64,000 bases of DNA from Phoronis australis (taxonomy: Eukaryota; Animalia; Phoronida), in assembly GCA_002633005.1 (NCBI GenBank), contig NMRA01000401.1:83827-147826 (forward strand). The letters are read 5' to 3'. Below are positions 36,933 through 50,515 of the stretch, in pieces. The position numbers and the translations under genes were made by a program. Positions within the stretch are counted from its first letter, which is position 1; every line of letters begins with the position of its first letter. The notes under the pieces were generated by a model, which was not told the origin of the DNA, searched no databases, and saw only the letters and a program-made list of their open reading frames with translations.

Positions 36933-37442
36933 AGGCCCTTTCATACTGACTTAATTTTGGTCTGGGCAGACCGTCCACGTAAACTACGAAGTTAACTGAA
37001 CCATTCATACCAACTTCAGTAGTTAACGGACATCGAAGTAAACGGTAGGTGACACTGTCACCATTGAAGTAATCGCAAGGTGGCGCTGATGTATCGCGTG
37101 CAAGCTAAGATTTTTTTAATATAACAATTTGGAAACATTTGCACCTGCTAATTGACGTAAAAATTATTCCTAGTTCAACTGGTGATTATTTGAGCAAAGC
37201 AACTAATAGCAGCGACACTGCCCTTTAATTGTTGACAATAACAGTGGCTCATGGGGATAACTTCTTTGGGACCGAAGTTAAAAACTCATACCGCACCGCA
37301 GCGTCGACGCTCTGTTTAAATCCACCTGTTTACCGCAAAGTTAACTGGCGCTGTCAAATTCAATCCAGGACCGAAGTTAACCATTCATACTGACTGCAAC
37401 TCCCCCAGAACATGACACGTCGACATTAGTATGAAAGGGCCT
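36933..37442. mobile_element. Harbinger/Tourist-like MITE, copy 2 (inverted relative to copy 1)
   Basis: Perfect 15-bp TIR AGGCCCTTTCATACT...AGTATGAAAGGGCCT, followed by TAA. Confidence 0.8.
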
Positions 37443-40400
37443 TAAGCTACGTGTGATTGCACAAATTCGATAATATAGTAAAATTCCCAGAATTTCCATA
37501 TTTATTACAGGAGTAAGTAACGCACATCAAAACAGGGCCAATTTTTCAGGTCAAATGACCCCCATAAATGTGTCTGTTTGAGGAAAAATTGAGAGTTATG
37601 GGAAACTCAAATATGGGTTTTAAACTAGAGAGACTGGGCTTTCAGAGGAGACAGAAATGATAATATTGACACATTTTTATTTATTTTATTTTATTTTTTA
37701 ATCTCTGTTGTTCTTTTCAGATAATTGCAAGTAGAGCACTGGCTACAGTAATTCTACACTTATTTTGCACAAAATAAATTAAATATATTTTCCCCTATAG
37801 TGGGCTTGTTTGAAATAAACTGAATATACAAACGTGTTAACTGAGGAGTGTCCTCAACAATCCATTTTACCCACCTTTGCAACAGCATGAGATATCCCAT
37901 ATGAATGGATGAATGAAGTAGTGAACATACATTGCTCAAACCTTCTTAACATTGTTAAAAGGGTGTTTATTACTAGGGTTTAAATCATAGGCTTTTGCTG
38001 TGCAAAACTTACAGTGTGCAAATAATTATGTGAGGCAGGAAATTCCCACTGTGTTGCCTGAAGTGTGAAATAAGTGAGGGATAAAGTATTATTTTTACAA
38101 ATTTTAAATGTGCCAAATGAGATGAGTGTGATAAATTAGTGGAGAATTGCCATATTTCTTAAATAAGAAATGAGTTATCGCAACGCTCCTGTAAAGGTAT
38201 TGTATCTTTCCAAGGTAGGATTCTGCGGTGCATTGACAGCTTTTATACCCAAAAGATACTACAAACTATTTGATTTTTATGTACATTAAATTGTAAATTA
38301 AATACTCTACTCTGTAAATTTTTAATTTGTGTCTGGGACAGACCTTGTGGTGGAGATTTGCTAACAACTAAATGTCATGAATAATTAATCGCTTAAGTGT
38401 TTTCAACACAGAATACTGGCAACTGAAATATATTTACACTGGTAGTAACACACGTTCTTGTATTGAATTGATTATGAGGGCGTGCTGCGGTGGAGTGAGG
38501 ATTAGTATTCTGTAAGCAGGTGTTTGATTTTTATGTCGAGTGAAGGTTTTATGTGAACAATTCAGTTAACCTGGTGTAATTTTCTGTTATAACTGTAGGC
38601 GTTGATGCTACCTTTAAGGTATGTTAGTTATAACACCTAACATCTGACAGGGATCTCTTTAGTGCGGTGGAAGCTATTGAAAGACTTTCGTCATGATTCA
38701 GTCACTACACATACAATCTTGTCTCGTAAAATTTAAGGTTTTAAATTTTATTGGACAAGATTGTCTGAGTAGGTGATAATGACAAATAATTTCTCTAATC
38801 CAGGATTATTTTGGAGTGTTGGCTTTTGGGTGCGAGTCATTCCAACGTCCTAGTGCTTTGAGGTTCATTTTCTTCTCAAAAATGTGTGTGGCACTGAACG
38901 TTCAAGTCCTGAGCAAAATATAGTCATTAAGCACCTCAAGCAAGTTGCCTTAAAATGGGTTACGGTTTTATGGGTAAAACACAACTGGGACCTTTGTTTT
39001 TATTAGCTGTCTGACCTGTGGTGTTATGCATGCACGATTTTCTGGCACTTTTCCTTTTGTACAGAAGCCTGGTCAGTGACAATATTAAGTTGTACCAAGG
39101 TCAGCTTTAAAGTCGACCTGAACGTCTGACTGAGTCAGACATTTTCAGTGTGTGTAGAACTTATCTAACCTTGTAAAATTACCAACGTTAGCTTGTATGA
39201 AGGCTCTGAAATGTATTTTAGCTTCTGGAGAACAATATATTTAAAATGTTGATGTACTGTAGTTTAAAACATTGTTGGCCAGGGGAGTGTGTCATCATTG
39301 AGAGTATTAGGGCTACAGTTGTCTCATGTTAGGCAAATACTTCAGCTATATGAAGAGGAGCGCCCTTTGTATCAAGTAAAATGTCTGTAATGTTCACTTG
39401 TTATTGTCAGCTACATGGTTTTGGAGAGTAGAGGCCATGTGGAATTTATTTTTGACTAAATATTAATCTGCAACAATTTGTGTCAACTTAAGTTTTTGTG
39501 ACTGTCTTTTCAGTAAAAGTTTGTAAACAAGAAACGTACATCCAAAGCAGAATAATGGTATCTATAACATGACCAAATTTGTTTGATGTAAATATTCAAG
39601 ACGAAATTTCAAAAGTACTGTAACGATCTTCTAAATTATTTGGTTTTCATTTTATACAACTTTGAGTTTTTTCATAAAAGTCGTATAAGTCCTATAGCAA
39701 ACCGTGCAAATGTGGGACATTTAAAAGCAGTTCCTTGGGGAATGTCTGAGGGGAATAAATCATAGTATTTGAAAGTTTCCTTTAAAAAATCCAGTCTATC
39801 ATTTCTTAGATATGATGTACTGAATTTTGCCTTATTTGAACATTTTAGTGTAATACCTTAACCTTGAACCAAAGATGAATGTAGTTAGGCAGGTGCATCT
39901 ATATCAGAAAAAATATCTCAAAGTGCTTCACATATAGGAAGAGATTGTTATGCAAAAGCATAGCTAGGATCAGTTGATCCACGGGGCCTCAAATCTATGG
40001 ACCAGTTGGAGAACCTATGGGTCGTGGTGGTATTTTCTGTCCATTTTCTGATCGACTTTTGGGGGGAATTTTGAACATGTGTGATTTCATCTGCCCTCCC
40101 TGTACATTGTGCAGTGATTTGGCCTAATAGGCAAACTAGATACAGAAATCGACAGTTATTATCTAGAGATTTTCGTGCACAGTATATTCGACCCTGGTAT
40201 TTACGTTGTTTTGGTCACTGGCATGAGCCTCGGGGCTTTGCATTATAGAATCTGTATGCAATGCGGGCTATTATTCAAGGTCGTGATGATGATTCATTTA
40301 TCATGTGTCCATCAGCAGTGGCAGTGCGACAATGATAATTTTTACTCACCAATGAGATGACGCAAGACGCCGTCCTAAAATTGTTCCTGTATAGCCCACC

Positions 40401-41679
40401 GATGCCCTTATGTAAGCTTTACTTGCAATTTATCCCTTATTTATGTGCTTGTCTTAAACTGGCTGTTTTTGTACATTTTGTCTTAATATTTTTCAACATG
40501 TTAAATTGAATCAGTCTTCAGTTTTGTAAGGGAAAAGTCGGGTTTCCCTTACATACAATATTTCAAGAAAATGCTCCTTGGTTTTTCTTGTGGAATTATT
40601 TACATACAAGTGCACGCACGAAATTCCCGATTTATCCCCTGATTTACATTAAGAAGCAGACGTCATACAAGCATAGGGACTTGATACGTGCACATCCGGT
40701 AGCAGATTTTACTTTTCATCTCCTCGATTACGGATATTAGCAATAGCGCTGACTTCATCCTCCCAGTTATGCATGCCATGCTATCATAAGCCAACATGAC
40801 TCAGACTGCTCGTTATTGTGCCATTTGTTATTCTGGGTGTAGCTCATAAATTTTGTTTTTATTAACTAACAAGAGTGTCACAATGTCGCTGCTAATCTTT
40901 ATCTTTGTAGGTCTTTTGATAAATGACAATCTGATAATTCGCTGATTGCAACACTCCTTAAAAAATGTTCTACTATTAGTGGTGCGCGCTAATGCATTTG
41001 AAGGTTAATTGAGGTGTGGGATAACATCTATTATTTCTAGCTTTCACAGTTATTATTGGAACGTGTCTCCTTTCAGCTTTAAACGTATTAAAATTGCATG
41101 GTATGTCTCAGTCACTTTTTCATTCAGGCTCAATAAAAGAAAACGTCGAGTGTCTTTTGTACTGTGGCAATTCATTGAAACCAGTGAAGAGGGATTCTAC
41201 CATTTGTATGTCAAAGATTGCTACGGCAACTAAGGTTTAACAGAGCTTGGAGTTATCCACTTTTAAGAGGATTTCCTCTTTTTTGCTTCTTTCGTCTATT
41301 TTTACATTATTTTGGCTTCGTTCGTGCAGAAAAACATTGATTTCAGTTAAATTTTACAGCCTTGATATATTTTTATTGCACAACTAAGCCTATTTATTTC
41401 TGGAATGATACCTAACTTGGAAAATTTTTCTATTTTTGTCACTGTTCATTCCAAGCCCTGGTCTAAAAAGTGAAATTATTGTTAGGATTTGTGTGGGCCG
41501 AACTTGTGTTTCAAGGATCGTGTTTTAAAGGTGCAAATTATGGTAGAGATGCTACTGCCAGTTTTTCTTAGGGTGGAGAGTATAGTCAGTGGCTGTAGGC
41601 ATAAATACTGGTCTTGATTGAATGACTTGATCAAGACTGCTCATAAGTGTTAAAAACCACCATTACCGTCTAGAGGGAT

Positions 41680-41950
41680 AGGTCTGTCCTGGACTACATA
41701 TTGACACTCGAATCTCGCTGTATTTACCATACCCACAATGTCATAAACATCCGTCAGACACATTTGCTGCCTCGTTTTCGTGCCACTGGGGTTTCACATG
41801 TTATTTGTTGTTGTCTTATTCTTTACAAATTTTTCTCGCCTTGGCATTACTCTATACGTTCTTCCAATGCCAATGAAGTATTACTGCTGTGCTGTGGGCT
41901 GCAACTCTGACGTGAAAAAGTTTGTTAAACTGGACAAACATCAGTGAATG
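41680..41950 (+). mobile_element. Truncated second copy of the THAP-encoding element
   Basis: Left end AGGTCTGTCC..GACACTCGAATCTCGCTGTA; from 41867 reads MPMKYYCCAVGCNSDVKKFVKLDKHQ*. Confidence 0.65.
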
Positions 41951-42119
41951 TCGGGCATCCTGAGCCACTTCTAAATTCGCCGACCCAATCCAGATAATTT
42001 CTTTGATCTCAACAAAGTGGCAAAGAATTATCAAATCCCAAGTAAAATGCTTAAAAATCCTGCGCCCAGCCTCTGTCAGATATCTTGCTATCTGGGCTCA
42101 CTGTATGGCCGGTTAAATA

Positions 42120-42195
42120 TAGTATTACTGCGGTTAGTATAATATTACTGCGGTTAGTATGGTATTACTGCGGTTAGTGTAGTATTATTGCGGTT
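42120..42195. repeat. 20-bp minisatellite, about 3.7 copies
   Basis: AGTATTACTGCGGTTAGTAT units. Confidence 0.9.
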
Positions 42196-42854
42196 CCCAT
42201 GCGCTTTATCCCTGTATTTATCCCAGGCTTTCTTTATGTACTGGAGTGCGAAAATTACCTGTCGGTATCAATTTTGTATTTTCCTGGCTATCTTCACCTC
42301 TTTGTTTATTCAATTAAAGTCCTCTCAGTGCCAATTTCAGATCAGTCTTAAGTCTTGCAACTTCAAATACAAACAAATGGAGTTTGAAGGCCAACTCTGT
42401 TGAAGCTTGGACCACAAACTTTAGCTTTAGAGTCCAACGTTGAAGCAAGTCCAAGGTTTGTGGACCAATTGGTTGGCGTGTGTGTGGTTAAAGTATCATA
42501 GTCGTTTTTACACGAGGAGCAATTGTTACGGCGAGAGTTGTCACGGCGCAAATTACTACCCCCCACCCCCCGTGAATTTAATTCCAAAACGTTGGACAAA
42601 ACAGTCGTTTTCCAATATATTGTTTTTCCATTTTTCAAAGGCTTATTATTGTACTTCGGATAATGAAAAAGTTACTAAATGTCGTTTTATGACCTCTACA
42701 GCACAAACTATGCTGTCGGATAATATATTGTTCTTTATTTATTTTTGTGGAGAAATTTGACAAAATGCTAAACGAGTGATGAACTACCATCTGTAGTAAT
42801 GTTTCCACTCCCGGCCATAAGTCAGCTGTCGGTTCACACTGACATATTAGTTCN

Positions 42855-43035
42855 AGTAGTTGTGGCTAGGCTTGCAGTTGTAGTGGCTAGGCTTGCCGTT
42901 GTAGCGGCTAGGCTTGCTGTAGTGTAGTAGCGGCTAGGCTTGCTGTAGTGTAGTAGCGGCTAGGCTTGCTGTAGCTAAGGGACTTTGCTGTAGCTGAGGG
43001 ACTTTGCTGTAACAGTGGCTAGGCTTGATGTAGTA
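42855..43035. repeat. GTAGCGGCTAGGCTTGCT-type minisatellite next to an ambiguous base (n at 42854)
   Basis: Variable 16-25 bp units sharing GGCTAGGCTTG / GCTGTAG. Confidence 0.9.
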
Positions 43036-43866
43036 CTGACTCAGCAGGCTTCTGGTGTAGAACTCTCTGGAACAGTGGTATTTCAACTTTAGGGCAGTCC
43101 AGATGGACAGTCAGAGTACCACCTCTGGTTAATTAAAGCGAATGATCACTATGGGTTAAAGTTTATGTATAGCTTCATTGATGGTGATATTTTCGTGGAG
43201 ATTTGTGTGATCTAATCGAACTCCTAAGCTAATAGTTTTGTCAAATACTAAATCCATAGTTTGTTAGGACATTTCCGCCGGGGACAAATTTGAGGTTGGC
43301 TCTGCAGGCTGCCTTTTATAAGTTCCAATGTTCCCCACAGCAGAAATTTCAAACACTGCTAGAATAACAAAATTCATGCCCATGTCCACACTGTGGGAAA
43401 TTTGTGTAATTTAACACTTAAATGTCTTAAAATAAATGCACTGAACTGGTACCAAAAGTCCAAAATGTCCTAATTTGCTTTTACCTCAAACCCTATTCAC
43501 ACAAATTGTCCGTTTTTACAAAAATTCAGTTATGTCTAGCAAAATACCGAGTGATCTAGGCCTTTGTTATATTTTCCATCAATTTGGCATGGCAGAAGTG
43601 ACATTTTCAATATTGGCCTATCTCATGGTACCAAATTTTGCTGATACTGTAGTTTAACATGATGCAGAATTTTTTATTTCATTATGTTGTTAAGTTTCAC
43701 CAATTTTTAAAAAACTGATTGTCAGAATTGATCTTTTTTCATGTTGCAAAGATTTCTAATTTGTTTCGAATTCTCCAAATGTTTTCTAATGGTAGCCATG
43801 ATAGACAGAACTTGTAAAGCATAAACTCTTTCCTATAATTAATCTCATCAATGTTGGACACAACAA

Positions 43867-43964
43867 TTATCAAATAAACTCAGAAAAATCAGAAACGCCA
43901 ACTAGGAATCGAACCGCAGGTCTCTAGATTGCCAGTCTACTCTGTAACCACTGAGGTACTGAGG
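43867..43964 (-). mobile_element. tRNA-like arm of a dispersed repeat
   Basis: Minus strand TACCTCAGTGG...GGTTCGATTCC..CTGATTTTTCTG..TTTGATAA; same family as 50516-50681. Confidence 0.65.
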
Positions 43965-44017
43965 AGTGAGGACGCGATAACTGTGCAACTACTGTTGTAG
44001 CCAACTGTTATGTCATA

Positions 44018-44185
44018 CCGTAAACGTTCGGGTTAATGCCCTGGGCAACCTGAACGCCCTGGGCAGTGAAATCGGCAAAGCCAAAAAATCGGGGGTGGGC
44101 GGTTAACCAGACATGGGCGCTTAAACGTGAAATTTCAAGAAATCACGGGTTGGCAGTTAATCGAACATGGGCACTTATTACTACA
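44018..44185. mobile_element. Tc2/pogo-type MITE, left part
   Basis: TA|CCGTAAACGTTCGGGTTAA and internal GGGCG(C/G)TTAA repeats. Confidence 0.6.
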
Positions 44186-46790
44186 GACGACCGGGGTGGT
44201 CGGTTTACCTCATGATCCCAGTTCTTACACGTAGTTGGAACGCGTAGCACTTTTCAGAGCTTTATCGCCATGTCGCCAAATGACGGTAAAAATGTCATAA
44301 CAGCGGATGATCCCATCAAAGGTTTTGTTGCCCTCAGATTAATCATTTCAGTTAAATTTACAAAATTGCTGAGTAATAGTCGTGCCGTCCTGCGGTCTTG
44401 TTAGAGCTGTACCTGTAGAGCGCAGACGACCAGTGACTAGGCAGCCCTCCACTTGTATTGCAACTATCCTCACGTGGTGACAGTGCAAAGTCCATACGTG
44501 CAAGCTTAACATGCTGCATTAGGTCACAGCAGTCATGTGTTACCTGTCAAGTTCTGAGTTAGAGAGCAGTTTTAAATTATTTGTAAATTTTGAAAAACTA
44601 ATTCAGGTGTTTTTTGTGTTTGGGATGTTTATGTTCGAGAGTCCGTGATTCAATATTTTCAACGTAAGGTTCTGCGGTGGTTTTATTTCGACTGCCCGGC
44701 GGATGTAAGGCAGACATAAGCCAGTCGTCAATCAAAAGTTACCGCTAAGGCATTACTCAAAAACAAGTACTTAAGATTTTAATTTTAAAAAATACTAACA
44801 TGAATGGGATGAGTCTGAGAAAGAAGTAGTTCATACACGTACCTGCGTCGGTAAAAATAATTCGAAGACGAAGCCCCCATTATTCAGGGAACTGGCACAA
44901 TGAGATAAATATAACTAGAGTTGACATCACGTGGTTTTCGTTGAGCGGAGTGGTCCGCCATCTTGCTGATGAACCATGCTCATGATGCCCGTGTATTGTG
45001 TAGCATTTAACTGCATTAAACTCGACAATGCATCATTCAATACCTGTAATGTAAGACAGAAGTTTACCAAGCTCATTTTGTTCGAAGGCCAGTGAATTTT
45101 ATGGCAGTCCTACAAAAACAGCATATTGGTTACAATTGTGATTTTTTGAAGTTGATGCAATGTGCTAGTTTTAAGTTGTCCAAATTTTGGAATAAAAAAA
45201 TTCGTATTATGCCAGCTTGAAGTTCAGAACGGTCGGTATATGTTTTTCCCAGCATCGCTTGATGTTGGCTGAAATGGTTCAGGCTGTCTTTCCCCCTGTG
45301 TCACCTGATGTCAGCTGAGCTTGGTTGAATTTTTCTGTCTATAAAGTGAGTCGGCAGTTTTCAAAATGACCCATACACAGGTCAGAAGCAATTTTGTAAT
45401 TTTTGTCCTTTTGAGGTTTCAAGTATGGAACTTGTTTGAATTCCTGGCCAAAATCTTTGAAAAGGAGTGGATGCTTGTTGATGAAAATAACTATTTGCAT
45501 TTTTCTTAATTCGCATATAATTATACCTTTGAAGCCCTGTGCAACTGTGTTTTGAGCTGAAAATATAATTCAAATAAATCAAAATTACAGGGGAGAATTA
45601 AATAGCAGAAACAATTATTCATCTCACCTACTCCCTTAGCTGTGTCCGGTTTTTAGTATTAACTTGCCAAATTAAAAAACCTTAAACCAGTTGAACCCTG
45701 AAGTGGACATTAGCAAACCAATTGTTCTTCAGCCATGGCTAGTTCGAATGGATAAGTCAACAGAAAATGGACTTAGCTTGTTAGTGAGTGTTTTAATACC
45801 TTAAAATGGTCTACACAAGCAGTCAGATTAGCTTAATGGAAAAGCAGCAAAAATGTGCCAAAATAGTCTTAGCAGGCTGATTTTTTTGTCTTGAAGCACA
45901 TTTCATAAAAGCTTTGCTATTAACTGTCTGACCTGTTGCAGGCAATATTTGTGTTGACTACATGAGGTTTTAAAGAACATACGAACAATGCGCTGTTTTT
46001 ACACAACATGGTTACTGGTTATTAGTGGCTGTTTTTATTTTTTTAGTTGGTTTTGGCATCGCCTTCTCTGTCGGCCAAGCCACTTTAAGATAATTATGTA
46101 AATTGACAGATATCTTCTCACGGGAAGAGGACATATACCAACGATTTTTGGACGGCACCAACTACTGTGGCGCCTCTTAGTGGCAGTTTTGTGTTTGTTT
46201 TGTGTGAGTTTTTGTAGTATCGCAACATGATGTTAATGTTTAAAATAAATTGAAACCTGTTTGGAATGGCATCTCTGAATGTGTTGTTTGGAATGGCATC
46301 TCAATGTGTTGTTTCTGAGGTTACATGTTTTTGTTACCCTTGTCATTCGTAATGTTATTGATGGAAAATCTGCCATTCCATGTGTGATGCACAGATCCAA
46401 GGTGGTACATTGGACGGTATAAACATTAACATTGTGTGTACTTTATTTAAAATTCTGAACCCACCCAATCACTGCTGTATTTTGACACAGGGTCTATGAT
46501 ACAATGTACAATGGTTAAAATTTTGAGACAACGGAGTGTCAAAATGTACACAATTAGTTTTCGACTTAGGATAGTGACCCAGAGTATCACTGAGGTATCA
46601 CCAACAGTCTTACAGATTTATTTGTGATGGCGCAAACATGAAGACAGGCTAAGACATTTTTTCTATTTGCATAAAATGTGTGTACATGTTCGTGGTTGAT
46701 ACAACCTGAAGTAGACAATTACAGCCAGTTTTAGGGACTGTCTATCCAAGTGTATGGTACTTTGGTGGTCAGCAGTGTTTCAGTGAAATT

Positions 46791-48295
46791 CATAGGCAGA
46801 TTTATGAGAGTGGGCTCGGGCCACCCCCCTGCTCTTGGCTACCAGAAAAAATAAAACAGCAAGAGCGTGAGGAAATATTTAGTTGATTGACTACCGGGGT
46901 TTTTCGTAGGTAAGCCCCTGGGCGTGTATACGGAAAATGAAAATTTCCAGGCACTTTAGGAACACCAATAAACGCCCGGGCGTTTAATAATATCTGCCCA
47001 GCGGGACAAGAAATTGTATGTGTATGACATTTCTAGACAAAGTGACAAAGATGATAGTACCCAAGGTGGCTCAACAGAAAATCTATGAACTTCGGCCGGC
47101 TTGAATACTTGACCACCTCGTATTGTGAAAAAATAACAAATTTGAACCAGTTCTTTTGGTATGTGCCCCACCGTAAATCCGTCTTTGACTACTACCATGC
47201 TTTTCCGATCAAGCGTGTACCCAACAATATTAAAGTCCAGGTACCTAGGGACCCATGAACGAGTCGCTTATGATACAACTGTTACATAGACAGTAATGAT
47301 GAGTCGAGGTCCTTATTTCAACACTGAGCAAACCTGTTTTGCTCATGGACGCACATCGGAACCACGGTGCAGAAACTGTATCCGTAGAGTTTCGAAAATT
47401 GAATATCGGCGTGAAGATAATTCGAGCCAGAATGATCTATTTCCTTCAGCCACTTTAAGTTGATGATAACGCTCGTTCAAAGCTAGATTGCGAGAGCAAT
47501 ATCAGTTTTGGCTTGAAAACGGCGAGAAAGAATGTAAACCCCGAGAGGGTATCACTGCCGCCCATCCTACAAGAATTTCTCCTGGAATCTCTATCTTCAG
47601 TCATGCGGTAAATCCCGCAAAACATCAGCATCAGAGCGTTTGAATGTGGCGGCATAGCTGGTTATGGGCAAATGGTCTCTACCGGATGAAAACATTGACA
47701 TGGACTGAGTACACGTAGATTAAGAGGTTTCCTGACTGATTTTTACTTAAACTGTTTTTAAAAATTTTATGTTAATAAATGCATAGTTCGATAACACTTT
47801 GCTCGTTTTTATAAATAATAAATGCTCCACGAAACTGAATTTGTGACTAAAAGTTGACCCTATGTGAGTTTTAAGAGGAAATTTTCAAATTAAACCACCA
47901 CTATCGAGACACTTGACATGAGAAGTTGCTACACCAAATAAACGCCCATTGGTGTTTATTCGGCATAATTTTCCAAATAAACGCACATGGGCGTTTCATC
48001 GGGTGGGCTTGTCTACGGAAAACCTCTGGTTACCCCCAGTAATTAACATACGGTTGAAACAAGATATAACAATGTGTGCCGTTTTAGTTTGTGTGTGCAA
48101 TTGTGTGTGGGGGGGCTCAAACCAGATTGCAACTGTCATAGTCAGATCACCGGCACAATCGGTTTCCCGTCTCTTTGTTTTTTTCCGAGCCCTCCTATAT
48201 TTTAGGCTGGGTGGGCCCACGCAATCGTGCTTTGTGCGGTTATCGGAGACAAAATGTTGGGCCCGCCCCCTTATGATATCCTGGATCCGCCACTG
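46791..48295. mobile_element. hAT5-type element, copy 2, interrupted by a nested insertion
   Basis: CATAGGCAGATTT...GGATCCGCCACTG; TSD AAATT on both sides; subterminal sequence shared with 24613-25548. Confidence 0.8.
46894..48029 (-). mobile_element. Nested Tc2/pogo-like element with decayed HIRAN-like and Brinker-DBD-like relics
   Basis: TIR TA|CCGGGGTTTTTCGTAG...CTACGGAAAACCTCTGG; absent from the equivalent site in copy 1; minus-strand W.P...DRKSMVVVKDGFTVGHIPKELVQICYFFTIRGG; SYAATFKR at 47636-47659. Confidence 0.65.
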
Positions 48296-50235
48296 AAATT
48301 TCAGTTCAAGTTGTTTCAAGGTTGAGGGGAAGTTTATAAAATTACCCAAGGCATTAAATATGATCTCTTTGGGCTAAAGCTGACAAAAATTAACTCCATG
48401 TATATTTTAGGAATGCAATGGTTGATGGGAGTGTCTCCTTTCCAGGTGATCATCTAATCTGGGTTGTAAACAACTAATAAGTTCTGTACAAGTATAAGCT
48501 TAGCTAAAACAAAACGAGTTAAGAACTAGATTCTCATGTGGGTTACTAAAGGCATCAAGGTATTTTTAAACAATTGTAAAAAGTATGCAGTGTAATTCGT
48601 AAACCGGCAAGAGATCCCAGGCCATAACGGCCGCGGTTCCTGGTCAAATAATTGGTGAATTATGACTTTTCACGACCTTATAGTTTTCGTTTAAGCAAGC
48701 GTGGGTCGCATGTTTACATTGCTTTATGTTACCAATATTTTAAAACCTTGATAGTATTTAAAATTTCAATTTTTCTTCTGAAAATTCCCCGGCTTCCATA
48801 AGGCTACCGTGCTTTTGTTTACATTTCGTTCATCATCAATATGGCGGACCACGTATCACGTGCTGTCTGGCTTGCGAGTACAGTCATGTCACCTCTATGT
48901 ATATAGCTCATTGGTTTGTTATACAACTAAATTAGTGACGAGTTCCAACCAGCAAAGCGTCAATACCGAGTCGATATTGTTGCAAACGGGACTTGGCACT
49001 AAAGCATAACGAGCTGCAGGTCGCATTGGCGACCTGAATTTTGAAAATGCGAGCCGAGATTTTGGTCATCTTGTATTTAGTCGTAACATACAACGTGGAA
49101 TTTCCAATGTACGGACCACGGCATACACATGTGAAATGTCACAAAACAGCGATGTTTCTATTCATTGTTAAACGATCAACTTACCAAATTTTGTGGTTAT
49201 TTTACATGCAAGATTTCCAGATTATCCTATTATAAGATCACCTACAATATCGTACTGCGACACTGTTCGGTCGCGCTGTTCGTGCGCAATGTCCCCGCAA
49301 ACGATCGCAACTTGGAAATGGTTGCAAGTAATATAACGGCCTGTTTCAATATGCCGTCTCGTTTTTTATGGCAAAAGACAGTGGCAAACAAATTCTCAGG
49401 ACCTTCTTTCCGTTGTTGAGCATGTGCATATGAGTCACCTGTTACTCACATATGCAGTCAAGGTAACTTGCACTCCAGAGCGTGGGAACTCGCGCGCGCG
49501 CACCACACCAAAGTCACACATCAAAAGAGAACAGCGACAGTACAAAGTATAAGAGTATAGCAGCTTGACTGTAGGTTTAAGCTGACCGAGTGTTCATTTC
49601 ACAATGAACTTGGGCCTCCTACTGTTTTAAAAAACCAACGTTCTCCAAAACTGCGACGTGAAGTGTCAGTTCTGATAATTTGTGGCTTGATGTTCCTTAG
49701 GCCCGAGGAGTTCATCCCCTTCCCCACTACTATCAATTTTCAGTCAGCCTTCGTGGTAGATACTTTAGACTCGAATGGGAAGTATTTTGTTCCGGCTGAA
49801 ACTAGCCAATAAAGAAACAATATTACCCGGGATGGCTAAAAAGGTAGGTGAAAACAATATTCACAAAGTTAAGGTAATTCTTAAAAAATCGAGAGCTTCC
49901 CACCTAAATCGAATTAGGAGTGTTGGCAAGACCACTGTCACGTTTCTCTGGCTTTATTTTTTCGAATGTATGTTTCATCTAGAGCACTGCAGACGGAAAC
50001 TTAGCACGGCAGACGGCTTCGCTGAAATCGTTGGTATTGGAGCCGGCGGGGTTCTTACTTTTGGGAACATGGGAAGAAAATAAAGTGACAAAGCGTTCAA
50101 GGTATTACATTTTGAAGCCAATCCATGACCCGGAACAATAATTTGTTACTTGAATTATAATTCTCCAATGCTGTCGTTGCATTCTTTGTTATCATCGCTT
50201 TTATCTAAAAATGGGTAATCGCGGGCTTCCTTAGT

Positions 50236-50406
50236 ACTGGGCACATAAGCATCAATCTTCAGAAGTCAGGGATGGGCGCTTAACCGAGAGGTGGGCACTA
50301 ACTGGAAATCTTCAAAAGTCGAGCAGTTGGCGGTTAAATCGAAAATCCGCCTAAAGTAGGGGATGGGCGATTAAGTGAACATGGGCTTTAACCCATATGT
50401 TTACGG
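50236..50406. mobile_element. Tc2/pogo-type MITE, right part
   Basis: GGGCG.TTAA repeats ending TTAACCCATATGTTTACGG|TA, complementary to the end at 44018. Confidence 0.6.
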
Positions 50407-50515
50407 TACATCCCATGAGCCGTGCATTTCATCTTTTTCACACAAGATTTGATCAATTTTCTGGTATGTGTTAATCAGATATAGTACATATACACCCTGA
50501 TTTTGGCCTATAGTA

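Noticed and set aside
42854-42854. Single n base
   Set aside because: Assembly ambiguity beside a minisatellite, not biology; local distances may be unreliable.
42120-43035. Short repeat arrays as possible CRISPR
   Set aside because: Units are contiguous with no unique spacers, there are no cas genes, and the context is eukaryotic.
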